Positions 9,311 to 17,226 of a stretch of DNA of 37,105 nt are shown one piece after another. The notes below the pieces were generated by a model. That model was not told the origin of the DNA, made no database searches, and saw only the letters and a list, made by a program, of their open reading frames with translations. This stretch comes from a virus. Lineage: Duplodnaviria > Caudoviricetes. Each line of letters starts with the position of its first letter. The first letter of the stretch is position 1. A program made the translations under genes and the position numbers. Location: positions 1-37,105 of the IMG/VR virus record IMGVR_UViG_3300036846_001604; one strand, 5' to 3'.

Positions 9311-9599
9311 ATCGTTTTGACAGTGCCTGGTAATCCTCCAGATCCATACCGGTTAAATCTTCCGGGTTCAGGTCTGTCATGCGGGCGATAAGCGCCTCAT
9401 CCCATTCGTCGGAATTTTTAAACTGCCGTTTGGCCGCTTTCATGTCAGCCACTTTCAGGCGGCGCAGGGTGACGCAGATGAGCATTTCGCCGGTAGCGAG
9501 TTTGTAGGGGAACTTCAGGGTGTAACCATCAGCAGTGGCCGTTGTCACCACCTCAGCGGATGACTGCCCGGTATTATCTGCGGTTTGAATCTCTTCCAT
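9279..9599 (-). CDS. Tail assembly chaperone (GpE / FluMu gp41 family)
   Basis: TLKFP...VTLRRLKVADM...EDL..MDLEDY; between tube and tape measure. Confidence 0.88.
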   Translation of the reverse strand: MEEIQTADNTGQSSAEVVTTATADGYTLKFPYKLATGEMLICVTLRRLKVADMKAAKRQFKNSDEWDEALIARMTDLNPEDLTGMDLEDYQALSKRFRQFAGLADE

Positions 9600-9641
9600 A
9601 AATGCCTCGTCTGTGTGAATGAAATAATCAGTGACAGACCG

Positions 9642-9685
9642 AGCATATAAAGGAAGGGATGAAAGGGCTTTTAAAGGGGTTTAAA
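9642..9685 (-). promoter_or_regulatory. Predicted late promoter (palindrome 9670-9685, 22 bp spacer, -10 TATGCT 9647-9642)
   Basis: Recurring motif with identical spacing; intergenic, upstream of chaperone/tape-measure genes. Confidence 0.72.
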
Positions 9686-9747
9686 GAATGAAGGTGGGGG
9701 CGTCCGTTCCCCCAAAACCTGCCGGGACTCCGCCCGGATAGTGCGCT

Positions 9748-10029
9748 CTACAGGGTGTTCTGTTTCGCGGACTGCTTAAGACGGTATCCCTCCATCTCCC
9801 ACAGCCGGTTGACGGCATCCGTTCTGGCGTTTTCAATGGCAATATCATAACCAATATCACTGTTGAACATCGCCGGGGAGATACAGGCGCTTTTGCCTGT
9901 TCCCGCCACGAACCCGTCTGGCATCACCGCAATGGCCACCGTACAGGTGGTGCCGGGGAAATGATGGGTATGGAACGTCAGGCCGTCCGTCAGGGCATCA
10001 ATGTGACTTTTTTCCACCTTCAGCATCAT
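9748..10029 (-). CDS. N4 gp49/Sf6 gp66-family small protein
   Basis: TTCTVA....DGF...G.SACISP..F...IG..IA.ENA...LWEMEGY.L signature. Confidence 0.8.
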   Translation of the reverse strand: MMLKVEKSHIDALTDGLTFHTHHFPGTTCTVAIAVMPDGFVAGTGKSACISPAMFNSDIGYDIAIENARTDAVNRLWEMEGYRLKQSAKQNTL

Positions 10030-10553
10030 TAGCCCCCGATATTGGCATTGTAGTCGGCCAGCATATCCTGACCGTCAACGCGGAAAATGTTGTTAATCAC
10101 ATCCAGCTCCATAATCTCTTCGCCGTCCAGCATCATTTTGACGTAGGTGCAGCCGTATTCCGAGTTCAGGTCTGGCGCTTCGAGATGCTTGAATGCCCCC
10201 AGTGGAGACTTCTTAAAGTTAACATTCAGGGTAACAACCAGCGGAACTTCGGACTGGCGGTTAGTACCGGAATAACACACCACGCTCGCACGCAGCTGCA
10301 ACTGGTAAACCTTAAACGGATTGGCCACCATTTTTGCGGCTTCAGGGTACAGACCGTTCCATTTAATTTCCCCCTCCATCTTGTCAAACCCGTAGGGCAG
10401 CTCGACCTTACCGATGCGCCCCAGTGCCTTATGCTCCTGAACCACCATCGCGACATCCGGCAGCTTAACCTCCTCAGCTTTACCAATGAAGTTTTTACCA
10501 TCGAGATAAATATTCGCCCCGGAAATGATGTTACTCGCGTTTTTCTTACTCAT
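10029..10553 (-). CDS. Major tail tube protein (P2 FII-like)
   Basis: 174 aa; GKAEEVKLP, ELDVINNIFRVDGQD; follows sheath. Confidence 0.92.
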   Translation of the reverse strand: MSKKNASNIISGANIYLDGKNFIGKAEEVKLPDVAMVVQEHKALGRIGKVELPYGFDKMEGEIKWNGLYPEAAKMVANPFKVYQLQLRASVVCYSGTNRQSEVPLVVTLNVNFKKSPLGAFKHLEAPDLNSEYGCTYVKMMLDGEEIMELDVINNIFRVDGQDMLADYNANIGG

Positions 10554-11986
10554 TTACCACCTCCGCTTTTGATATTCATCACGTACTCGCTGGTGATTTC
10601 AGCCTCATAGGTCAGCCACTCCATCGGGATCGAGGGGGTGATTTTGTAACTGACGCGCAGATGCCCGGCTCCGAGTTCTTTTGCGGTGTTACGGGCCTTG
10701 TCATACCAGACCTTAAAGCCCAGTAGCGCACCGTCGCCCAGCATGGTGCGGGCAAAACCTTCTGCCGTACCGAGGATGTTATCCACCAGGGCATCATTGA
10801 GAGGCTGATCCACATACTCCAGCGAGGTCAGACGCAGCGACTCGTTAAAGATATCCGCCGTGCGTCTGACGTTCTCAAAGCTGGTGATGTGCGTCGACGC
10901 CGGGAACGCCGCGTTACGGTTACCCCACAGACGAATCCCGGTACCGAAACTGTTAAATACAGTGGTCACACCCGCCTCGTTAAGCAGGTTCGCCTCACAG
11001 GTCGCATCATCGATCCGCGCGGAAATCGGACGCTCCATCCCGGTAACACCCTTAATCTCGTGGTTGGAGGACGATACCCAGTACCCCTCATCGAGATCGA
11101 CACGCGCACGCAGGGCTGCAGCACGAACCGACAGCGGCTCCAGACGGTCCGTGTTCGTCACCGGATCGTAAACCTTCAGGTGCGGATAGCACAGACGGAC
11201 GCGATCTGACGAGGTGTTGAAGTTAATGGTGCCTTTCGGGCCTCGTCCGGCCAGCACCTGCTGGACGCTGCAGCCCACCGGCGCATCCACATAAGCCACC
11301 GCGCCAAGCTTGTCGGCCATCACCGACAGCGCCGCCGTCACCGAGGTCTGCGTGCCGTACACGGGGGCAATCAGGATTTTGCTGTCAAAGCCCAGGTCAC
11401 TGAAAACATCATCCAGTGCCAGAATCCCACTGCGACGACCGGAAGCCCCTACCGAGCCGATGATATCGGCTGCTGTAACCTTTGATGGATCAAGCCAGAC
11501 ATAGGACACCTTCACCTGGTCGGTGGCCATAATGCCGCCATCAGCCAGGCGGGTGATAATACCGGCCTGCGCATCCAGGGTGTAATCCTTACCGGCAACA
11601 TACGTACTGGTGCCGGTGCTGTTTTTAACCACCACCTCACGAACCATGCCGTGCGCGAGTTTGCCGCCACCCTCCGGGGTGATGACCTCATCCGTCACGC
11701 GGCTGATATGCACTGACGGATTCAGCACATTAATGACCACCACCGACATCACGCCGTGGTCAGCAATAGCCCTGAGCGCCTGCGGAATGGTAAAGCCCGG
11801 CAACTCCGGGCCGTACTGCGCGGCATCGGTCTCAGAACTAATCAGGACGTGAGAGTTGACCACGCCTGCCGGTGCCGTACCGATAAGACCAATCACGGCG
11901 GATTTAACCTGTTTTACCGGACGCGGGCCGCCGAGGGTCTCGCGGGTGTTTGCGCCGTGGAACCAGTTAGGGTTCTGACTGTTCAC
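10550..11986 (-). CDS. Tail sheath protein (P2 FI-like)
   Basis: FHG, SAVIGLIGTAP, WVSSSN, ANLLNEAGVTT, GIRLWGNR, FENVRRT. Confidence 0.95.
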   Translation of the reverse strand: MNSQNPNWFHGANTRETLGGPRPVKQVKSAVIGLIGTAPAGVVNSHVLISSETDAAQYGPELPGFTIPQALRAIADHGVMSVVVINVLNPSVHISRVTDEVITPEGGGKLAHGMVREVVVKNSTGTSTYVAGKDYTLDAQAGIITRLADGGIMATDQVKVSYVWLDPSKVTAADIIGSVGASGRRSGILALDDVFSDLGFDSKILIAPVYGTQTSVTAALSVMADKLGAVAYVDAPVGCSVQQVLAGRGPKGTINFNTSSDRVRLCYPHLKVYDPVTNTDRLEPLSVRAAALRARVDLDEGYWVSSSNHEIKGVTGMERPISARIDDATCEANLLNEAGVTTVFNSFGTGIRLWGNRNAAFPASTHITSFENVRRTADIFNESLRLTSLEYVDQPLNDALVDNILGTAEGFARTMLGDGALLGFKVWYDKARNTAKELGAGHLRVSYKITPSIPMEWLTYEAEITSEYVMNIKSGGGK

Positions 11987-12198
11987 TGTGTACCTCCGGT
12001 GGACGGGGTGTCTTTAGCCGTGGCCTGGCGTTTTGCGGGCTTTACTTCCTGCAGGTGGCCTTCCGCCACTAACGCCATCGCATACTCGTTATCCGGCGCG
12101 AACTCCACTTCCTGCCCCGGAAACAGCATCACTTCACGGACGGTGTCACCTTCGTTAAGGCTCACGCCGGACGGCGGGCCGCTGTAAATGTATTTCAT
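11983..12198 (-). CDS. Small hypothetical virion-region protein
   Basis: 71 aa, overlaps both neighbours by 1-4 nt. Confidence 0.75.
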   Translation of the reverse strand: MKYIYSGPPSGVSLNEGDTVREVMLFPGQEVEFAPDNEYAMALVAEGHLQEVKPAKRQATAKDTPSTGGTQ

Positions 12199-12659
12199 TA
12201 TTCCTCTTCCTCATAAAGCGATGCGGGAATACCTTCCGGCTCCGGTGGGTCATCCTGCACAAACATCGTTCGCGCCTGCACGACCAGAGCAAACATCCAG
12301 ACGCCGGAGGCGAAGCCGAGACATTTTTCACTGACCAGCACATACGGGGCATGGCACCCGGCAGGCCGGAATCCGGCCAGGGCGCAGCGGGTCTCATCGA
12401 GCGCCTGAATGGCACCGGTCGGAGTGTTCAGCCCCCGAAAGACCAGGGTTATCACCACCCGCACCGGTTGCTCCTGCATCACGCAGTCAATGGCGCTGTT
12501 AGAACCAAAGTCGGCATTGCTGTAACTGACCAGTAGCGCGCCGGTATCGTGGTTGAGCCGGTAATTCTCCGGGTCATCAGGGTAAAGCTCACTGTCAAGC
12601 CTGGGCAGTTTTGCCTGCAGTCTGGCCACCGTGGCATGCAGTATATTCAGGGTGTTCAT
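12198..12659 (-). CDS. Mu Gp37-family tail terminator-like protein
   Basis: YPDDPENYRLNH..GALLVSY; position after gp36-like gene. Confidence 0.8.
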   Translation of the reverse strand: MNTLNILHATVARLQAKLPRLDSELYPDDPENYRLNHDTGALLVSYSNADFGSNSAIDCVMQEQPVRVVITLVFRGLNTPTGAIQALDETRCALAGFRPAGCHAPYVLVSEKCLGFASGVWMFALVVQARTMFVQDDPPEPEGIPASLYEEEE

Positions 12660-13150
12660 CAGTATTTCTCCAGCCAGCCGCCCGGCCCGCCAAGCGTTGC
12701 CGGTCTGGACTTCACACGAATCTGACCGGGGTCGGGCATATCCTGCCCGTCCGGGTTGATACCGAGGGTGAGCGCGCCGTTTTTAATATCGGTCAGCATC
12801 TGGCGCGTGGCGCTGTACGACGCCTCGACGCTCTTCGGCACATCCATTTCCGCCCGGCGCTCGTAGAGTTTCTGGCGTACGATATTCACGGCCAGATCAC
12901 GCAGCACCGTGGGACTGGAGGCTTTCACCGCCACCACGTCGTAACGCTGACGCAGGTACGCATCAATCAGCTCGCAGGCGCTGCGAATGGCATCCTCAAC
13001 CACATCGCTGTTGATAACAGACGCCTGCGGTCGGGAAAACACGCGTCCGTCATCATCAGCGACCGGCGCATCAGCAGACGAATCATTCGTCAGCTGAATC
13101 AGCGTGCGCCGGGAGATCACTTTTTCAACGTCCGCCTGTGAGCAGTACAT
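12659..13150 (-). CDS. Mu gp36/J-like head-tail connector (DUF1320)
   Basis: MYCSQAD, IDAYL..RY, L.DIKNG...LG; start moved to ATG 13150 overlapping upstream stop. Confidence 0.85.
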   Translation of the reverse strand: MYCSQADVEKVISRRTLIQLTNDSSADAPVADDDGRVFSRPQASVINSDVVEDAIRSACELIDAYLRQRYDVVAVKASSPTVLRDLAVNIVRQKLYERRAEMDVPKSVEASYSATRQMLTDIKNGALTLGINPDGQDMPDPGQIRVKSRPATLGGPGGWLEKY

Positions 13151-13491
13151 CACGCACCCCACATCACGCGAAGCGTGTTGCCGCTTGCTGCGGCAGCAGT
13201 GAGGGCCACGCCGACCTGTTCGGGTTTGCCGGTCGCCTCCAGCGGGATAACGCAGCCGTTATCGTCTGACTGCAGCCTGTCACCGGGATTAATGGCCGCA
13301 CCGGCTTCGGCGGCAATAATACCCAGTACGTTAACGGCCACCGCATCCCCCTCGGCGGCATCCACCTCGGCAATGCCGAGCGCGAGCGCGCCTTTGGTGC
13401 AGGTTTTACCGTCGTAGCCAACCAGTCGCTGTTGTACCAGCGCACCGGTGGCCGTCAGGGTGGTGGCCAGAATGACCTGTTGCGTTGCCAT
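13150..13491 (-). CDS. Capsid cement/decoration protein (DUF2190-like)
   Basis: 113 aa Ala/Gly-rich, EAGAAI..GD.L.SD..G, GVALTAAAASG; directly after capsid. Confidence 0.8.
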   Translation of the reverse strand: MATQQVILATTLTATGALVQQRLVGYDGKTCTKGALALGIAEVDAAEGDAVAVNVLGIIAAEAGAAINPGDRLQSDDNGCVIPLEATGKPEQVGVALTAAAASGNTLRVMWGA

Positions 13492-13493
13492 AA

Positions 13494-14450
13494 TTACGCC
13501 CCCTTCAGGTTGGTCATGATGTAGCCCGCGTCACCACCGACCACCGCCATCTTGTAGATATCGGTATAGCGGGCGTAACTGATTTTGCCGCCCTCGCCGG
13601 GGTAGGTATCGGCAACCGGCAGGCCGTTCAGCTCAAAGTTGTAGCCAAACGACGGCTCGTTCTCGTCGCCGTTGTCGCCTTCGTTCTGCGGCCCGGAAAC
13701 GTGGAACAGCATCAGGTTGTCCTTCCAGATATCGACGGTCTTCGCCGCTGCATCCTTCTTGTCGTTGTCCTCAAGCTTCACCGGATAACCGATAACGATA
13801 TTTTCAATCTCGAAAATATCTTTCATCAGCTCAACGGTAATGCGCTTGCGCTCGTTGGCACCCATCACCGCCTGCAGGGCCGGATGGAAACGCAGCAGCG
13901 GAAGAACCGAAGCCCCCATGACCATCAGGTTAGGGCGCAGACCAATGGCATTACGGACCGCATCCATCCCGAAAGACACATCACGCACCGGGTCACCTTT
14001 ACCCCCGGCCCAGCTGTCGGTGGCGGTAAATTTGCGCACATTCTCTTTCAGGTACAGCGACGTGCTTTGTGCCATCGCCGCAGCCGCCACTTCCTGACTT
14101 AACAGAATGCCGTTACGGGCGCGCTTGACGGCTTTCGCCTGCTCGTTGAACATCGACTCATGCTGCTCGCGGTAGTCCACCGGAAACGCCAGATCGTGCT
14201 CATCGAGTACGATATCCATCGTGCCGGTCTTCTCGCGGGTGGCGATATTACTTGCCGCTCCCATGGCGCGCAGGGTCTCGTAAGTGGCGAACACGCCCTT
14301 ACCAAAGGTCGGCACCTTGATACCTTCCTTCTCCACGCCGACACGCGGGAAAATAAACGAGCTGATAAAGTCCGCGTTTTTATAGCCGCGTGCGACGCTG
14401 GTGAGAATAGGGTCGGCAACGCGCTTGCCTTTTAAATATTCAGACGACAT
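13494..14450 (-). CDS. Major capsid protein
   Basis: 318 aa; DPILTSVARGY, RPNLMV, EPSFGY; after protease/scaffold. Confidence 0.88.
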   Translation of the reverse strand: MSSEYLKGKRVADPILTSVARGYKNADFISSFIFPRVGVEKEGIKVPTFGKGVFATYETLRAMGAASNIATREKTGTMDIVLDEHDLAFPVDYREQHESMFNEQAKAVKRARNGILLSQEVAAAAMAQSTSLYLKENVRKFTATDSWAGGKGDPVRDVSFGMDAVRNAIGLRPNLMVMGASVLPLLRFHPALQAVMGANERKRITVELMKDIFEIENIVIGYPVKLEDNDKKDAAAKTVDIWKDNLMLFHVSGPQNEGDNGDENEPSFGYNFELNGLPVADTYPGEGGKISYARYTDIYKMAVVGGDAGYIMTNLKGA

Positions 14451-14459
14451 GGTCTCTCC

Positions 14460-14921
14460 TTAAATCAGGCGGCGAACCGCAGCCTCGTAGGTGATGTTTT
14501 CAGCCTGAGCCAGCGCCACCGCTTTGGTGTGCATCTCAAGGCGTGCCGGGTCGGCTTCGGCGAACTCAGCCGGAATGGCGCTGCGATCAACGCCGTCGCC
14601 GGTGGCCACCTCGCCAAAGTCGAGCAGCGGTCGGGCTTTCTGCATCTGCGCCTTAAAGGCCTCAACCAGTGGTTGTTCGCTGCCGTTCTCACTGAAACTC
14701 ACCGGTGACTCACCGTCACCGAGCGCATCAAGGACGGCAACCACCAGGCCTTTTCCGGCAGGAGCCAGACGCGCATCACTCACCAGGCTGTCGGCAAATG
14801 CCACGTTGGCGTTGTGACGTTCGGTGGTCACGCGCTGTGCTTCGGCTTTATTACGTTCTTCAAGCTGGCGCTTCAGGTCGTCGTTTTCTTTCTGAAGTTT
14901 CGCCTGTAACTCTTTATCCAC
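14460..14921 (-). CDS. Internally initiated scaffold protein (Mu gpZ analogue), in frame within protease gene
   Basis: GGAGG (14934-14930), 8-nt spacer, in-frame GTG at 14921 after a Pro-rich linker; coiled-coil follows. Confidence 0.65.
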   Translation of the reverse strand: MDKELQAKLQKENDDLKRQLEERNKAEAQRVTTERHNANVAFADSLVSDARLAPAGKGLVVAVLDALGDGESPVSFSENGSEQPLVEAFKAQMQKARPLLDFGEVATGDGVDRSAIPAEFAEADPARLEMHTKAVALAQAENITYEAAVRRLI

Positions 14922-15599
14922 GGCGGGTTCCTCCGGTGGTGTGGGGGCCTGATGTTCAGGCACGGGTTGAATAACCTCGTCTGCCGGTATCCCGACAGGG
15001 TCAGAAAATGCAGGTGTCGCGTCCGTTGTGGCAGTGCGGGCAGCGTCATCGCGCAGGCTGTCAATCATGTAGTCCGGCACCACGCTGTCGGCTTTCTCCA
15101 GCCCGAACTGACTGATGATGAAGTCCCTGATGCGTGAGAACAGCGACGCGGTGGTCTGCAGGCTCCAGTCGGCAAACTCGACCACGCCTTCCTCATCCTC
15201 CGCGAAGGACACCTGTTTTAATCCTTTGATGGCAGGCGGCTGTGCGCCGAGAAAACCAACGTGGCGCAGGTAGTATTTGCCCGGCGTCGGGTTGCCGGGG
15301 GACTCAGGACAGTAAAAGGAGGCTGACACCTTGCTGTAGCGACGGTTTTTAACCAGTTCTGCAAACTGTGGATCGATATCGCGCGGCTCCGCCTTGAGGC
15401 CGTCGCGGTCTTTTTTAATCCCGCTCACCCAGGCATAAGAAGGCGCGTCGGTTTTCGGATGCCCGACGACGATCGGCGCTTCATGGAGAGCCGGATTGTA
15501 GTTCTGCGCGATCTGGTTTAAGTCGGCATCACTGAAGTTAATGCGACGGCCATGCATATCGGTATGCGTACCGGCGCGAAAAATATGGATCAGGTTCAT
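14460..15599 (-). CDS. Prohead protease (Mu gpI-like) with C-terminal scaffold
   Basis: IHIFRAG, APIVVGHP, YSKVSASFY, LRHVGFLGAQPPAIKGL. Confidence 0.9.
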   Translation of the reverse strand: MNLIHIFRAGTHTDMHGRRINFSDADLNQIAQNYNPALHEAPIVVGHPKTDAPSYAWVSGIKKDRDGLKAEPRDIDPQFAELVKNRRYSKVSASFYCPESPGNPTPGKYYLRHVGFLGAQPPAIKGLKQVSFAEDEEGVVEFADWSLQTTASLFSRIRDFIISQFGLEKADSVVPDYMIDSLRDDAARTATTDATPAFSDPVGIPADEVIQPVPEHQAPTPPEEPAVDKELQAKLQKENDDLKRQLEERNKAEAQRVTTERHNANVAFADSLVSDARLAPAGKGLVVAVLDALGDGESPVSFSENGSEQPLVEAFKAQMQKARPLLDFGEVATGDGVDRSAIPAEFAEADPARLEMHTKAVALAQAENITYEAAVRRLI

Positions 15600-15622
15600 G
15601 GGTGACTCCCGTTGTTTTGGTC

Positions 15623-15666
15623 ACAATAACGGGGAGTTCCGGCAGCGGCTTTTAAAGCGCTTTAAA
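15623..15666 (-). promoter_or_regulatory. Predicted late promoter for head/tail operon (perfect palindrome TTTAAAGCGCTTTAAA 15651-15666, 22 bp spacer, -10 TATTGT 15628-15623)
   Basis: Recurring motif; same position as the Mu P-I late promoter. Confidence 0.75.
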
Positions 15667-15838
15667 GAATGACGAAGGGGAAAAATGAAGGAAGCCGGAG
15701 GGGGAATGCCATCCGGGGCAGAATATCACCCCGGAAGACCGTCAGGAAGCCGGTCATAATCGGTCATAAGGCACCTTACCGGAAAAAGTCATACGATGAC
15801 CGCACTGAAACCACTCAGGCGCTCAGAACGCCGCAGAT

Positions 15839-16411
15839 TCAACCAGGGCCATTTGCCGCCTCGCGCAGAAAATCGGTGGCCAGCGCGAGGATTTTTTCCT
15901 CCAGTCCCTTCTGGGGTTTGCCGTTCGCATCCACCGGCAGGAAGGGACGCGCCACAAACACCTGCGTCCAGGCTCCGATGCGGGCTTTCTGTACGTAGTT
16001 GGCATGGCCCTTTTTCACAAACCCCGCCGTCAGTTTACCGTGCTTATCCACCCGGCGATGCAGTATTGTATCCCGCGCCTTATGCTTCACCGAAAGCCCC
16101 AACTGATGGGGGGCAGCATAAACCAGATTCGTGCCGATCATCGCATGACCGGCATCGTATTTTTCGGTGATACTCCGGCGCAGATGACCGCTGAGCGACA
16201 ACGTCTGCCCGGAACGTTCCTTCGCGGCAAGCGACGGCTCCCACGGCGGATTCCCCTCATCCTGAAAGTTCAGCGCCGTCATGGCCGCCATCGTCCCGAC
16301 GATTTTACGCATCAGCGGGGAAGTGTCTTTCCCGGCTTCCGCCAGCCCGCCAAGCATCCGGTTGACCTCCGTCAGATTAAGGTCAATGGTCATCAGATCC
16401 TGTTTACTCAT
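15839..16411 (-). CDS. Virion morphogenesis protein (Mu gpG-like)
   Basis: TL..SGHLRRSI, GTNLVYAAPHQLG, ARPFLP. Confidence 0.9.
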   Translation of the reverse strand: MSKQDLMTIDLNLTEVNRMLGGLAEAGKDTSPLMRKIVGTMAAMTALNFQDEGNPPWEPSLAAKERSGQTLSLSGHLRRSITEKYDAGHAMIGTNLVYAAPHQLGLSVKHKARDTILHRRVDKHGKLTAGFVKKGHANYVQKARIGAWTQVFVARPFLPVDANGKPQKGLEEKILALATDFLREAANGPG

Positions 16412-17226
16412 TGTGACAACTCCCGTTTTGCCAGCTCCGCCAGCGGGCCGCTGTATTTGTTAAGGTCAGGGCGATACGCCACGCCGGGGTTATACGAGAA
16501 ACCAGGGTCAGGGCTGACGGTTTTACCACCCACCGTCCAGGTGGCCACCGGTCGCATCTCACCGGTCGCGCCGGAAACCATCTGCATTTTCTCACCCAGC
16601 ACACCCTCAAGCCCGCCAATGAACAGACCGCGCTCTTTCACTTCCTGCGCCGTCAGGGCTATCACACTGCAGCGGCACCCCCAGCCGTTCGGCGGGTAGT
16701 ATTTTTGCCAGAACGGATGGGAAAGCGGCAGCACCGTCTGGTCAAGTAACAGGTGCTCCTGGCGGGTATGCGCATCCCGGATGGCCACATACAACCCGTA
16801 AGGCCGGTCGTCAACATTCTGAATCTGTTCAGCCCAGCGACCGGCGCTGTAGACCGTCGACATATTGGTGCGAAAGATGGTATAGAGACGCCACGGACTG
16901 CCCGCCTGAACTTCCTGCTCCTCACCAGTATCAGGATTAACCTCAGTAATACGCCCCCACCATCCCTTCGCCTGCAGTACCGGCTCCAGCTCTTTGCGAA
17001 ACCAGCGACCGGTTTTACCTTCCGCCGCCGCTTTCTCCAGCGCATTGTAGATATCCTGGAGGATATCAAGGCGGGTCACTTTGGCGATGGTCTTCGCGCC
17101 CGCGTGTTCTTCCTGCCACAGGTCGTGCCAGTCCCACGAAATGAACACCTCTTTTTTCGCCAGGTACTCAATGATTTTCTCAGGCGGCAGGCGCATACAG
17201 ACCGCGATATCACCGGCTGTGAGCAT
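16408..17226 (-). CDS. Minor head protein (Mu gpF / SPP1 gp7 family)
   Basis: RLYTIFRTN, D..TR..H, PPNGWGCRC, PDPGFSYNPG. Confidence 0.93.
   Translation of the reverse strand: MLTAGDIAVCMRLPPEKIIEYLAKKEVFISWDWHDLWQEEHAGAKTIAKVTRLDILQDIYNALEKAAAEGKTGRWFRKELEPVLQAKGWWGRITEVNPDTGEEQEVQAGSPWRLYTIFRTNMSTVYSAGRWAEQIQNVDDRPYGLYVAIRDAHTRQEHLLLDQTVLPLSHPFWQKYYPPNGWGCRCSVIALTAQEVKERGLFIGGLEGVLGEKMQMVSGATGEMRPVATWTVGGKTVSPDPGFSYNPGVAYRPDLNKYSGPLAELAKRELSQ

Noticed and set aside
10536-10553. Operator-like sequence at the tube gene start (TGAGTAAGAAAAACGCGA)
   Set aside because: Right half-site is out of register with the 18-bp dyad; explained by MSKK codons.
15669-15998. 109-aa plus-strand ORF in the G-I gap
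   Set aside because: Low-complexity basic translation, overlaps gpG antisense, no SD; region better explained as regulatory DNA.
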